NCBI GenBank assembly: GCA_030390025.1
Contig: CM059432.1
Location: forward strand, 74,402,001-74,466,000
Length of the DNA: 64,000 nt
Source: Squalus acanthias
Taxonomy: Eukaryota
Direction: 5' to 3'
The notes below the pieces were generated by a model, which was given only the letters and a program-made list of their open reading frames with translations, was not told the origin of the DNA and did no database searches. Shown piece after piece: positions 24,530 to 39,133 of the stretch (its first letter is position 1; every line of letters starts with the position of its first letter). The position numbers and the translations under genes are program-made.

Positions 24530-27423
24530 GTACCGGCAGACAGGAAGATGGCTTGAAGTGTGTCTACTTCAATGCAAGGAGCATCCGGAATAAGGTAGGA
24601 GAACTTGGAGCGTGGATTGGTACTTGGGACTACGATGTGGTGGCCATTACGGAGACATGGTTAGAACAGGGACAGGAATGGTTGTTGGAAGTTCCGGGGT
24701 ATAGATGTTTCAGTAAGAGTAGGGAAGTTGGTAAGAAAGGTGGAGGAGTAGCATTGTTAATCAAGGATAGTTTAACAGCAGCAGAAAGGCAGTTCGAGGG
24801 GGATCTGCCGTCTGAGGTAATATGGGCTGAAGTTAGAAATAGGAAAGGAGCGGTCACGTTGTTAGGAGTTTTCTACAGGCCCCCAAATAGTAATAAAGAT
24901 GTGGAGGAAGAAATTGCAAAGCAGATTATGAATAGGTGTGGAGGTCACAGAGTAGTTGTCATGGGTGACTTCAACTTTCCAAATATTGATTGGAACCTTT
25001 ATAGGTCAAACAGTTCGGATGGGATAGTTTTTGCACAGTGTGTGCAGGAGGGTTTCCTGACACAATATGTGGATAGGCCGACAAGAGGTGGGGCCACGTT
25101 GGATTTGGTACTGGGTAATGAACCGGGCCAAGTGTTTGATTTGTATGTGGGAGAGCACTTTGGAGATAGTGACCACAATTCGGTAACTTTCACTATTGCA
25201 ATGGAGAGGGATAGGGCCATACGGCAGGGCAGGGTTTATAATTGGGGGAGGGGTAATTATGATGCGATTAGGCAAGAATTAGGGAGTATAAGATGGGAAC
25301 AGAAACTATCAGGGAAAGGCACAAACGAAAAGTGGAGCTTTTTCATGGAGCAATTACTGCGTGTCCTTGATAGGTATGTCCCTGTCAGGCAGGGAGGAAA
25401 TGGCCGAGTGAGAGAACCATGGTTCACAAAAGAGGTTGAATGTCTAGTCAAGAGGAAAAAGGAAGCGTATGTAAGGATGAGAAAACAAGGTTCAGTTGGG
25501 TCGATTGAGGGGTACAAGGTAGCAAGGAATGAGCTAAAAAAAGAGCTTAGGAGAGCTAGGAGGGGGCATGAGAAGTCCTTGGCGGGTCGGATCAAGAAAA
25601 ACCCCAAGGCTTTTTACTCTTATGTGAGAAATAAAAGAATGACCAGGGTGAGGGTAGGGCCGGTCAAGGACAGTAGTGGGAACTTGTGCATGGAGTCAGA
25701 AGAGATAGGAGAGGTGATGAATGAATACTTTTCGTCAGTGTTCACCGAGGAGAGGGCCATGTTCTTGAGGATGAGAGTGTGATAAAGGTGGATAGGCTGG
25801 AGGTGGTAGATGTTCTGAGGGAAGATGTTTTAGCAATTTTGAAGAACCTGAGGGTCGATAAGTCCCCTGGGCCAGATGGGATATATCCTAGGATTCTTTG
25901 GGAGGCAAGGGAGGAGATTGCAGAGCCTCTGGCTTTGATCTTTGGGTCCTCACTGTCCACGGGGATGGTACCAGAGGACTGGAGAGTGGCGAATGTTGTT
26001 CCTCTCTTCAAGAAAGGAAATAGGAATGACCCTGGTAATTATAGGCCGGTTAGTCTTACTTCGGTGGTTGGTAAGATAATGGAAAAGGTCCTGAGGGATA
26101 GGATTTATGACCATTTGGAAAGGGGCAACTTAATCAGGGATAGTCAACACGGATTCGTGAAGGGTAAGTCTTGCCTAACAAATTTGATTGAATTCTTTGA
26201 GGAGGTAACTAAGTGTGTAGATGAAGGTAGAGCAGTTGATGTCGTATACATGGATTTTAGTAAGGCGTTTGATAAGGTTCCCCATGGTCGTCTCATGAAG
26301 AAAGTAAGGAGTTGTGGGATAGAGGGAAATTTGGCCGATTGGATAAGTAACTGGCTATCTCATAGAAGGCAGAGGGTGGTGGTGGATGGAACATTTTCGG
26401 ACTGGAGACCAGTTACCAGCGGTGTGCCACAGGGGTCGGTGCTGGGTCCTCTGCTGTTTGTGATTTTTATCAATGACTTGGAGGAGGGGACTGAAGGGTG
26501 GATCAGTAAATTTGCTGATGACACCAAGATTGGTGGAGTAGTGGATGAGGTGGAGGGCAGTTGTAGGCTGCAAAGAGACATTGATAGGATGCAGAGCTGG
26601 GCCGAAAAATGGCAGATGGAATTTAACCCTGATAAGTGCGAGGTGATTCATTTTGGTAGGGCAAATTTGAATAAGGATTACAGGGTCAACGGCAGGGTTC
26701 TGAGGAACGTGGAGGAGCAGAGGGATCTGGGGGTTCATATCCACAGATCTCTGAAGGTTGCCACTCAAGTGGATAGAGCAGTAAAGAAGGCCTATGGTGT
26801 GTTGGCGTTTATTAACAGAGGGTTTGAGTTTAAGAACCGTGAGGTTATGCTGCAACTGTACAGGACCTTGGTGAGACCACATTTGGAATATTGTGTGCAG
26901 TTCTGGTCACCTCACTATAGGAAGGACGTGGAAGCATTGGAAAGAGTGCAAAGGAGATTTACCAGGATGCTGCCTGGTTTGGGGGGGAGGTCTTATGAGG
27001 AAAGATTGAGGGAGTTGGGGCTTTTCTCTTTAGAGCGGAGGAGGATGAGAGGCGACTTAATAGAGGTTTATAAGATGATGAGGGGGATAGATAGAGTGGA
27101 TGTTCAGAGACTATTTCCTCGGGTAGAGGCAGCTGTTACAAGGGGGCATAACTATAAGGTGCATGGGGGGAGATATAGAAGGGATGTCCGAGGTAGATTC
27201 TTTACTCAGAGAGTGGTTGGGGTGTGGAATGGACTGCCTGCTGTGATAGTGGAGTCGGACACTTTAGGAACTTTCAAGCGGTTATTGGATAAGCACATGG
27301 AGCACACCAGAGTGATAGGGAGTGTGATAGCTTGATCTTGGTCTCGGACAATGCTCAGCACAACATCGAGGGCTGAAGGGCCTGTACTGTGCTGTACTGT
27401 TCTATGTTCTATGTTCTATGCTA
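24530..27423 (+). mobile_element. Young CR1 LINE with complete ORF2 region, truncated just upstream of ORF2
   Basis: APE + RT ORFs, 3' UTR and (CTATGTT)n tail at ~27400-27423. Confidence 0.96.
24553..27335 (+). pseudogene. CR1 ORF2 (APE endonuclease + reverse transcriptase) with a single frameshift near 25760
   Basis: YFNARSIRNK, ITETWL, YRPP, GDFN, SDHN (409-aa ORF); KSPGPDG, YMDFSKAFD, GVPQGSVLGP, FADD (518-aa ORF). Confidence 0.95.
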
Positions 27424-27499
27424 TTTTAAGTAGCTCATTACATTGAGTTATATTAGATAGGTGCCATGTATTTCACAAACATTTTTAAAGCTGTGTAAA

Positions 27500-28182
27500 G
27501 GTTCACATTTACACCCCACTCCTGGTGAGACAATAAACATCTTTCAGCGTGGCACCTATGTCCTTGGCACAGTGCTGCTGCTGTTAATAAGTTGTTGCCA
27601 TGCTCTGCATGCTACTGCCTTCATAACCTGTCTTCCATGCTCGGGAAATAGAGATCCCTCCTCTGCTCTACTTCTTGCAATACCTGGTTAGTGGCCTCGT
27701 CATCAAAACGGGGCGTCCTTATGTGGTCAGCCCTCTTTCTGGCATGCTGATGGATTGTATATTTTTTTAAATTATTGTTGCTGCAAAAGCTTTCTCCTTT
27801 GCACTGTCACTTTAAAAATGATCTTCTGGCAAAAGTTAATTCTCAGAAGCACTCCAGGATATTTGTGTGCAAGTTGTAACCTTTAACACTGCTCACCCAG
27901 GCTTGGGCTTCTCCATATTTCCACAGGCTCTATCAAGGCTCCAAGATGCTCCAGCCCCTTTAAGCAATCACAGGACATTAAGGCCTGCAGCAGCACTTCA
28001 GTTTCCTGTGCTCTTATGACTACATGTAACAGGAGCCTTAGCACCCATCCACATAATAGAATGACATGCAAGCTATTCATGACAGGAAATTGGGGTGCAA
28101 AGCAGTGACATCAGGCATAGCACTAATCCAGAGCACTGCCCATGCACAGTGCACATTTCTATGGGGCCCAGGAAAATTGGTC
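27500..28182 (-). mobile_element. Old Harbinger remnant (Myb-like exon 1 and adjacent end)
   Basis: Minus-strand translation RTPRFDDEATNQVLQEVEQRRDLYFP (~27645-27725); TIR-like GAAAATTGGTCC at ~28171-28182. Confidence 0.6.
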
Positions 28183-28589
28183 CTCAAATGTTTTCCTGCT
28201 TTACAAAATATGGAACGAGACGTGAACATGGAAATAATAGTTAGCCCAACTTCCACAGTATTATACAGGATGCCATCAAATTTCATCATCATTCTGGGCC
28301 CTCTCCAGTTCCCACTATTCCTAAATAAATTGGAGAACATTTCTTGTAATACTATTGACATATTAATATGGTAAAATATGTGAACCATTTACGCAGATAG
28401 AAAAAAAAGGAGAAAAGACTTGCATTTATATAGTGTATTTCACAACCTCAGGACATCCCAAAGTGTAGTCACTGTTGTAATGTGGGAAATAAATGGTGGA
28501 AGGATTCTATTGTGGTTAAATATAAGGTGAGCATATTGGAACAGGAACCATGAAATACAAAATAAAGAGGTAATCAAAGGTGTAAAAGA

Positions 28590-30105
28590 TAAGAACATAA
28601 TAAATAGGAGCAGGAGTAGGCCATATGGCCCCTTGAGCCTGCTCTGCCATTCAATAAGATCATGGCTGATCATCGACCTTAACTCCACTTTCCCGCCCGA
28701 TCTCCATATCCCTTGATTCCCCTAGAGTCCAAAAATCTATCTATCTCAGTCTTGAATATAATCAAAGACTCAGCATTCACAGCCATCTGTGGCAGAGAAT
28801 TCCAAAGATTCACAACCCTGACTGAAGAAATTCCTCCTCATCTCGGTCTTAAATGGCCTACCCCTTATCCTGAGACTATTCCCCCTAGTTCTAGACACTC
28901 CAGCCAGGGGAAACAACCTCACAGCATCTACCCTGTCAATCCCCCTTCAGAATCTTATATGTTTCAATGAGGTCACCTCTCATTTTCTAAACTCCAGAGA
29001 GTATAGGCCCATTCTACACAATCTCTCATCATGGGACAGCCCTCTCATCCCAGGAATCAATCTAGTGAACCTTTGTTGCACCGCCTCCAAGGCAAGTATA
29101 TCCTTTCTTAGATAAGGAGACCAAAACTGTGCACAGTACTCCAGGTGTGGTCTCACCAGGGCCCTGTACAATTGTAGCAAGACTTCCTTACTCTTATACT
29201 CCAACCCCTTTGCAATAAAGGCTAACATGCCATTTGCCTTCCTTATTGCTTGCTGTACTTGCATGCTAGCTTTCTGTGTTTCTTGCACAAGGACACCCAA
29301 ATCTCTCTGAACATCAACATTTAAAAGTTTCTCACCATTTAAAAAATATTCTGTTTTTCTATACTTCCTACCAAAGTGAATAACCTCATATTTCCCTACA
29401 TTATACTCCATCTGCCACATTACTGCCCACTCACTTAGTCTATCTATATCCGTTTGCAGACTCTTTGTGTTCTCCTCACAGCTTACTGTCCCACCTAGCT
29501 TTGTATCGTCAGCAAACTTGGATACATTAGACTTGGTCCCTTCATCTAGGTCATTGATTTAAATTGTAAATAGCTGAGGCCCCAACACTGATCCTTGTGG
29601 CACCCCACTAGTTACAGCCTGCCTGAAAAAGATCCATTTATCCCTACTCTCTGTTTTCTGTCCGTTAACCAATCCTCTATCCATGCTACTATTACCCCCA
29701 ACCCCATGAGACCTGATCTTGTGTAATAACTTTTTATGTGGCACCTTATTGAATGCCTTTTGGAAATCCAAATATACTACATCCACTGGTTCCCTTTTAT
29801 CTACCCTGCTAGTTACATCCTCAAAAAACTCTAATAAATTTGTCAAACACGATTTCCCTTTCATAAGACCATGTTGACTCTGCCTAATCATGTTATGATT
29901 TTCTAAGTGCTCTGATACCACTTCCTTAACAATGGATTCCAGCATTTTCCTGACGATTGATGTCAGGCTAACTGGCCTGCAGTTCCCTGTTTTCTCTCTC
30001 CCTCCTTTCTTGAATAGCAGTGTTACATTTGCGACCTTCCAATCCACTGGGACCGTTCTAGAATCTCGGAAATTTTGGAAGATCTAAACCAATGCATCCA
30101 TTCCA
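28590..30105 (-). mobile_element. CR1 LINE 3' fragment
   Basis: ORFs 29559-30047 and 28980-29420 with RT motifs; single GGAGCAGG-type 3' UTR. Confidence 0.93.
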
Positions 30106-32029
30106 TAAAGAGAGACAATTGACCATCCACAAAAAAGTATCTAATTATTGTGAAGTAGTTAATAAAGCTAATCAGATCTAGAGTCCTTCTCAAAGATATT
30201 TGACTATAAGGGACCAAAAATCTGTGGGCTTTTGATTCTGGCATAAATGCCAGGATCGGCTGTTGAGAACTTCAACTGCTGACCCTAACGGACCTTCTGT
30301 GTTCAGGGGCAAGTTCCCTAATTTTAATAATCCAGTCAGGTGCCCTCGCCACTAGTGGGCGAGGCCGCAAAATGAAATGGAGGCTACCCACTCCAGGTGG
30401 GTCCCACTTCTGCCCCACCAGTGGCACACCTCCTGTCGCTGGGTGTATTGGCTGCTGCTGTTCTGCCAAGCTCAGGACATGGAAACTCCCAACCAGGAAG
30501 TCTCCTCCCCCCAGTCATGTCCCCTCTGATGCAGGTGACCTTGTTTCGTTGTAGGTGGAGGCACCACCCTAAATAAGGCCCCATGGAAGCTGACAAGGAG
30601 GCCAGGGCATATCCAGATCCTGGTTTAATTCCCGGATCTTCCACTGCACTCCTACCAGTGGGAGTATGCCTGAGGGGCTGTAAACTTTCAGCTCCCAAGT
30701 CTGTAACAGTGGTTCTGAGTGACTAGTAGAGAGAATGTGTATCTTTTAGCACAGAAAAAGCAAGAGGAAATTCCAGCTCACAGGAATCAACTGAGAGATG
30801 AGCAGGGCCACCGATGGACGTTCATCTTTGTAAACCCAAAAAGACTGAGGAAGACCAGCGTGTAGGAAAACTAAAGGAGGGTGGAATATGTGAAAACCTG
30901 AGGGAAAGGAGAAAAAAGTGAAAGCGAGTGTGGCAAAGGATGATATAAAAAGGGGCAGCAGCAAAATCTGAGGAATTTTTGTAACTAAGAAGTGCAGAAG
31001 AATGTTGGGTGAAGAAAAGTAACTAAGAAACGAGTGCATTCCGGGAAACAAAAGCTGAGTGCAGAAGAGCAGACATCATGTTGAAAGACATGAAGATTAA
31101 GCAGGGAAAGCAAGGCACAATCAAACATATGAAAGACCTGTTTAGTGTCACGTGAGGGGATTAGGGCAATAAGAGTCTGTGATTGTGACTGAGAGTGGGC
31201 TAGAGCATAGTGTGGCAGTGAGAAAGTATGAGTGGAGAAAATGAGTGCACAACAGCATCAGAAGTAGATAGGCAGAACTGCATAGACATACAGAAGGAGG
31301 ATTCTGATAGAGATTGTTGAGTATTAGACTGCCTCAGCCACAGAGAGGTGCCCAGAAGCACAGTGCTGTATGGGGAGTAGCTCAGTAAAGGAAAGAGGAG
31401 AGATCCCTGAGTGTTATCTAGAGAGAGGAAGAGAGCTCCAAGAGTAGCCCTGAAAAAGAGAAAGCCTTTGAGCAGCCTACAGCAGACTCACAGTGAAACT
31501 GAAGGGGTCAGGTTGAACAGGCGCACCAGACTCATTCAAGTTTGAGAAAAACACTGACAACCAACCATGGTTACTGCGTTATTTGACAGTAAGGACAGTC
31601 TATGTACCTGAGATGTGTAGGTACAATTGAGTTAATGTAGGAACTAAGGTACTAGAGGGTACTGAACTTTGTGTACCTTGTAAAGTATAAGGATTAATGA
31701 TATTCTATGAGGTAGTGTACTGTAGTAGGTTGAGAGCTCACCCTCTAATTGTAGTGTGTAGTAAGGTAATCCAGGCCTCTTTACAGACTGTCTGTTAATA
31801 AAGTTATTGTTCTTCAACATTATCACACCATGGTTCTTGACCAGTAAGTATTTAGGAATATTGATAGCTGCAGGGCATGTAAGTGACCCCTGGAAGGTAT
31901 AAATCAAAAGAAGTCATTCTAACTTTCTACAGATTGCTGATGAAGCCATAATTGGAAAATCATGGACTTTCTTTACTTATTGATCCCCACTTTAAAGAAT
32001 GCTAAGTTTCTCCTCCTATTTCCCCATAA

Positions 32030-33430
32030 AAAATCAAGCAGTGCAGACTTCAATCGTCCTTCTGAACAGATATCAATCCAGCTCCCTTTTAAAGGTGTCA
32101 ATTGACCCTGAATGAACTGCCTTCTCTGAGAGTCTGTTCCACGTGTCCACGATCCTGTGGGTGGAAAAAAAGGTTTTTCAAGACTCTAAGCTTGTTCAAG
32201 GCTTCTGAATTTTATTCTTCTAGTCCTATGGTCATTGTCCAAGATAATTAGCTTGCTTATTTTAAACTTATTTGTACCTTTCATTATTTTAGAGGCTTAT
32301 ATCTTATCCCCCTTCAGCCTTTTCTCCATCAAAAATAGCCTTAGTCTCGAAGTTTTCTTCATACCTTAGGCATTTACGGCATGGAATCATCCTGGTAATT
32401 CTTTTCTGAACCCATTCTAATGTATCTATATATTTTTTGAAGTGTGGTGACTAAAATTAGATGCCGTACTCTGGAACTGATATCATCGATATATACAATG
32501 TATAACTTATGACCAATAATCCATTGTCCCCCAGATACACCACATACCCAATTTGCCTTAACGATAACTGTTTCACACTGACCAGATACTTTTGGAGTGT
32601 GAGCAATGCTCATTCCCAAATGCGTTTTCTTTTCAACCTCTGCAAGTGGAAAACCCTTTCATGTTATACACATGTTCACTGACACCTCATCCCATATGCA
32701 TTATGCTACATTTATCCTCATTAGAATCTATCTGCCATCTCTCAGACTATTTACATAATTGATCCAGTCTTTGAAGATAATCTATTCATTACCTGACCAC
32801 AGAGTTTTGTGTCAACAGCAAGGTTAATAATACTACTACAGAAATTCTGTTTCATATCATTCACAAATATTGTGAACAGCAGATCAGACTCCTGTGAAAT
32901 ACTGCTGCTTACTTTTTTCCAGATATTTTTCACTTATCAGTGCCCTTTGTCTTCTGCTGCTAAACTGATTCTCAATCCACCTAGGCAAGTTGTTACTATT
33001 CCACAACCCCTTACCTTACCCACTAGTCTCATATGAGAATTTTTGTCAAATGTCTTTTGAAATCCCAGTAAATTGCATCAAATTGGATTACCCTCACCTA
33101 CTACTTAATTACTTCCTCAAAGGATTCCAGTAGATTTGTAAGACATGGCCTAATACTTCAAAAACCATGTTGATTGCGCCCTATCATACTTGTGTTCTTT
33201 TAGATATTCATTTACAACATCCCAAAGAATGCCCTCAAGCATTTTACCCTACAATGTTAGGCTAACTGACCTGCAATTGCTAGGTTTGTGCCTTTCTCCT
33301 TTTTTGAATATTGAGCTTAAATTTGCAATCCTCCAGCCTTCAGGTTCTACTCAAGTATTTAGGGAGTTTGAGAAATAACAGCCAAAGTATAATTTTTTTC
33401 TCCCACTAGGATTGAAGACTCTGGGATGTA
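32030..33430 (-). mobile_element. Very old CR1 RT remnant
   Basis: LLFTIFVNDM...LAVDTKLCG; VSLT and FQKTFD-like remnants. Confidence 0.7.
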
Positions 33431-33660
33431 TTCATAGAACAACAAAGCTGATTCCAGGATATAGGGATCTGAATTATGAGAAGAAACTTATTTTGTTATT
33501 TGGAAAAATTAAGATTGAAGTGGTTATAATTCAAGTCTTTTCAAAAATCCAAGGGGCCTATATGATGCAAATTATAACATCACGATAATTATTGATGAGG
33601 ATGGACATTTGGCCCATCTTAATTCATGCCTAAGTCATGAAGAGAAGTTCAAGACACTAA

Positions 33661-33816
33661 GGCCCTGAATTTCCTCAGACTTTCTGCCGTTGCATTGTCG
33701 TAACTTTGCTGGAAGTGCGTCTGAATCGCCATTTACACACGTGAACAGGGTTTCCACTACACTTCCGGTGAAGTTATGGCGGCGCAGCGGCATAAGGTCC
33801 GAGGAAATTCAGGGCC
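33661..33816. mobile_element. 156-bp foldback MITE (Harbinger/Tourist-like)
   Basis: Perfect 16-bp TIRs GGCCCTGAATTTCCTC / GAGGAAATTCAGGGCC; complementarity continues internally; flanks TAA / GAA. Confidence 0.85.
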
Positions 33817-34879
33817 GAAGGCTATTTTTGCTGGAGAAAAGACCGAGGGAAGACATGATGCAAGCCTCTAAAATAATGAAAGGTACAAATAAGGTAAAAT
33901 AAGCAAATTATTTAACTTGGACCAATCAGGATTAGATGCCAGATCATACAATCACCTCATTTCAGTATCTAATCGTTTCTTAAATGACATAGCACCTGTA
34001 TTCTTAAAAACTTTATTTCTATATAATATCTTCTTGTATGAAAAAATATGACGTTTCAAAATATAGGTGAAAGTGGAGGGGGCGATGCACATTATCGGGT
34101 GATTAAACTTAATAGACGAAGAAACTCTTCTGTCCACGCATGCATCACTCTAAGACATCAGTTACATTATTCAACACTAGCATGAATGCAGATGGCCTGA
34201 ACCTGCTGGATGCTGATGAATCAAAACTTATACGAGAAATGTTTGGCAAATAGGATCACATTTTTCAAAAGAATGCAGTGTTGCAGTGGGGTTCAACAGC
34301 ACATTTGACTTTGACAGATTACTTTCACTGGTGCAAAAATATATTCAAATTTGAACAAAATGTTCATTGTGGATAGCATTAACCCTTTCTCATTTGAACG
34401 ACTGAAACTACCATTCACATTATTCTCCAACATGAGTGTTGATTTTTGCAGCAGTATCAGATTTTTTTTTGGTCTGATTGAATTTATTTTTCAAGTCTTT
34501 ATCTTATGATGCTGTCTATGTTTCACCATCCATTCCATGTAAAATATATTGGCGGAGAAGGCAGACAGGTGACCTTCTCCCAGCTCACTGTCAAAACCAC
34601 GATAATTGGAGCTGTACACAAGATCACAAGATGAATACAAATAAGGAGAAGCATGTGGCCATCTTAGCTCCTCCGACCAAAAAAGAGAAAAAAAACTACA
34701 GCATGTTTCCAAAAGGGTCTTGAATGACTAAAGTTTTTGCCTCCCCTACTCATCCTGGAAGTCTATTCCACGTGTTGATTTACCCTACACTAGTTTGAAC
34801 CTATGCCCCCTTGTCCTATTGTATTTATTGTCTCACTTTGAAATAATGCTCTGGGTTTATCTTTTCTTTACTATTTAAT

Positions 34880-35478
34880 GGGAATTGTAGAAGGGTATGC
34901 CAGGAGTAGCACCAGGCAGACCTTAGAATGAGGCACCAAGCTAGTGAAACTAAAATACAGAGCTTCTTGCATGCTCAACACAAAAAGCAGAAAGCTATAG
35001 CCAGAGCTAAGCAGTCCCACAACCAATGGATCGGAGCAAAGCTCTATAGCCTTACCAATCCAGTTGAGAATAGCGGTGTACAATCAAACAATTAAGGGGA
35101 GTAGGAGACTCCATGGACATCCCGATCCTCAATTATATGCGCAGGCCAGTATGTGAGTGCAAGAGACAAGGCTGTAGTGTTTGCAAACTTCTTTAGCTAA
35201 AATGTGTCAAGCAGACAATCCCACTTGGCCTCCTCCCACTATCGTAGAGTGTAGAGAATCCAGCCAATTCAGTTCACTCCACGAGGCATTAAGAAGTGGC
35301 TAGGTGCGCTGGACACAGCAAAGGCTATGGGCCCTGACAACATCCAGACTACAGTGTTGAAGATCTGTGTAGCAGGACTAACTGGCACCTTAAGCTATTT
35401 CAGTGCAGCTATGACACTGGTATCTACCTGACAATGTGGAAGATTGCTCTATCCACAAAAAAAAGAACACACCTAAGC
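34880..35478 (+). mobile_element. Older family B LINE, left part (continues at ~41450-42165)
   Basis: Collinear with ~3930-4460 of the 3546-5860 copy. Confidence 0.8.
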
Positions 35479-38400
35479 CTTTTTTTTATATACGTTCCTG
35501 GGATGTGGGCGTCGCTGGCAAGGCCAGCATTTATTGCCCATCCCTAATTGCCCTCGAGAAGATGGTGGTGAGCTGCCTTCTTGAACCGCTGCAGTCCATG
35601 TGGTGAAGGTATTCCCACAGTGCTGTTAGGGAGGGAGTTCCAGTATTATGACCCAGCGACGATGAAGGATTGGCGATATACTTCCAAGTCAGGATGGTGT
35701 GTAACTTGGAAGGGAACTTGGAGGTGGTGGTGTTCCCATGCTCCTGCTGCCCTTGTCCTTCTCGGTGAAAGAGGTCACAGGTTTGGGAAATGCTGCCGAA
35801 GAAGCCTTGGCGAGTTGCTGCTGTACATCTTGTAGATGGTACACACTGCAGCCACGGTACGCTGGTGGTGGAGGGAGTGAATGTTTAAGGTGGTGGATGG
35901 GGTGAAATCAAGTGAACTGCTTTGTCCTGGATGTTGTCGAGCTTCTTCAGTGTTGTTGGAGCTGCACTCATCCAGGCAAGTGGAGAGTATTCCATCACAC
36001 CCCTGACTTGTGCCTTGTAGATGGTGGAAATGCTTTGGGGAGACACTCGCCGCAGAATACCCAGCCTCTGACCTGCTCTTTTGGCCACTTTATTTATGTG
36101 GCTGGTCCAGTTAAGTTTCTGGTCAATGGTGACCCCCAGGATGTTGATGGTGGGAGATTCGACGATGGTATTGCTATTGAATGTCAAGGGGCGGTGGTTA
36201 GAGTCTCACTTGTTGGAGATAGTCATTGCCTGGCACTTGTGTGGCGTGAATGTTACTTGCCGGTTATCAGCCCAAGCCTGAATGTTGTCCAGGTCTCGCT
36301 GCATACGGGCATGGGCTGCTTCATTATCTGAGGAGTTGCAAATGGAACTGAACACTATCATCATTAGTGAACATCCCCACTTCTGACCTTATGATGGATG
36401 GAAGGTAATTGATGAAGCAGCTGAAGATGGTTGGGCCTAAGACACTGCCCTGAGGAACTCCTGCAATGATGTCCTGGGACTGAGATGATTGACCTCCAAC
36501 AACCACAACCATCTTCCTTTGTGCTAGGTATGATCCAGCCAGTGGAGAGTTTACCCCCTGATTCCCATTGACTTTAATTTTACTGGAGCTCCTTGATGCC
36601 ACACTCGGTCAAATGCAGCCTTGATGTCAAAGGCAGTCACTCTCGCCTCACCTGTGGAATTCAACTCTTTTGGACCAAGGCTGTAATGAGGTCTGGAGCT
36701 GAGTGGTTTTGGTGAGTAAGTGCCACTTGATAGCACTGTCGATGACACCTTCCATCACTTTGCTGATGATTGAGAGTAGACTGATGGGGCGGTAATTGGC
36801 CGGATTGGATTTGTCCTGCTTTTTGTGAACAGGACATACCTGGGCAATTTTCCACATTGTCGGGTAGATGCCAGTGTTGTAGCTGTACTGGAATAGCTTG
36901 GCTAGAGGCGCAGCTAGTTCTGGAGCACAAGTCTTCAGCACGACAGCCGGGATGTTGTCGGGCCCAAAGCCAGTGTGCTCAGCTGTTTCTTGATATCACA
37001 CGGAGTGAATCGAATTGGCTGAAGACTGGCTTCTGTGATGGTGGAGACCTCAGGAGGAGGCCGATATGGACCATCCACTTGGCACTTCTGGCTGAAGATG
37101 GTTGCAAAAGCTTCAGGCTTGTCTTTTGCACTCATGTGCTGGACTCCGCTATCATTGTGAATGGGATATTCATGGAGCCTACTCCTCCCGTTAGTTGTTT
37201 AATTGTCCACCACAATTCACAACTGGATGTGGCAGAACTGCAGAGCTTTGATCTGATCCATTGATTGTGCAATCACTTAGCTCTGTCTATAGCACGCTGC
37301 TTCTGCTGTTTAGCATGCATGTAGTCCTGTGTTGCATCTTCACCAGGTTGGCACCTCATTTTTAGGTACCCCTGGTGCTGCTCCTGCTTCTGCACTCATC
37401 ATTGAACCAGGGTTGGTCCCCTGGCTTGATGGTAATAGTAGAGTGAGGGCACAGAATGTACTCTGATATGCCGGGCTATGAGGTTGTAGATTGTGGTGGA
37501 ATACAATTCTGCTGCTGCTGATGGCCCACAGTGCCTCATGGATGCCCAGTTTTGAGCTGCTAGATCTGTTCTGAATTTATCCTATTTAGCACGGTGGTAG
37601 TGCCACACAACACGATGGACGGTGTCCTCAGTGTGAATACAGGACTTCGTCTCCACAAGGACTATGTGGTGGTCACTCCTACCAATGCTGTCATGGACAG
37701 ATGCATCTGCGACAGGTAGATTGGTGAGGGCGAGTTGAAGTAGGTTTTTCCCTCATGTTGGTTCTCTCACCACCTGCCGTAGGCCTAGTCTGGCAGCTAT
37801 GTCCTTCAGGACTTGGCCAGCTCGGTCAGTCGTGGTGTTACCAAGCCACTCTTGGTGATGGACATTGAAGTCCCCCACCCAGAGTACATTCTGTGCCCTT
37901 GCTACCCTCAGTGCTTCTTCCAAGTGGTGTTCAACATGGAGGAGTACTGATTCATCAGCTGAGGGAGGGCGGTAGGTGGTAATCAGCAGGAGGTTTCCTT
38001 GCCCATGCTTGACCTGATGCCATGAGACTTCATGGGGTCCGGAGTCAATGTTGAGGACTCCCAGGGCCACTCCCTCCCGACTATATACCACTGTGCCACC
38101 ACCTCTGGTGGGTCTGTCCTGCCGGTGGGACAAGACATACCCAGGGATGGTGATGGAGGAGTCTGGGACATTGGCTGAATGGTATGATTCCGTGAGTATG
38201 ACTATGTCATAGTCACAGACTAGTCTGTGGGATAGCTCTCCCAATTTTGGCAGAAGTCCACAGATGTTAGTGAGGAGGACTTTGCAAGGTTGTCATGTCC
38301 AAAGCCGGTGCCGAGTCGATGCCGGGAGTTCCATCCAGTTTTACTCTTATTATTGCTTTTTGTAGTGGTTTGTTACAACTGAGTGACTTGCTAGGCCATT

Positions 38401-39133
38401 TTAGAGGGCAGTTAAGAGTCAACCACATTGAATCATAGAAATCATAGAAAGTTACAGCACGGAAGGAGTCCATTTCGGCCCATCGTGTCTGCGCCGGCCA
38501 ACAAAGAGCTATGCAGCCTGATCCCACTTCCCAGCTCCAGGTCCATAGCCCTGCAGATTACAGCATCCCAAGTGCGCATCCAAGTACTTTTTAAATGTGG
38601 TTAGGGTTTCTGCCTCTACCACCCTTTCAGGCAGTGAGTTCCAGACCCCCACAATCCTCTGGGTGAAGAAATTTCCCCTCAAATCCCCTCTAAACCTTCC
38701 ACCAATTACTTTAAATCTGTGCCCCCTGGTTTTTGACCCCTCTGCTAAGGGAAATAGGTCCTTTCTATCCACTTTATCTAGGCCCCTCATAATTTTATAC
38801 ACCTCAATAAGGTCTCCCCTCAGCCTCCTCTGTTCCAAGGAAAACAAACCCAGCCTATCCAGTCTTTCCTCATAGCTAAGATTCTCTACTCCCGGCAACA
38901 TCCTTGTAAATCTTCTCTGTACCCTCTCTAGTGCAATCACATCTTTCCTGTAATGTGGTGACCAGAACTGCACGCAGTACTCTAGCTGAGGCCTAACTAG
39001 TGTTTTATACAGTTGAAGCATAACCCCCCTGCTCTTGTATTCTATGATGCGGAGATGCCGGTGTTGGACTGGGGTGGACAAAAATGAGAAGTCGCACAAC
39101 ACCAGGTTATAGTCCAACAGTTTTATTTAAAAT

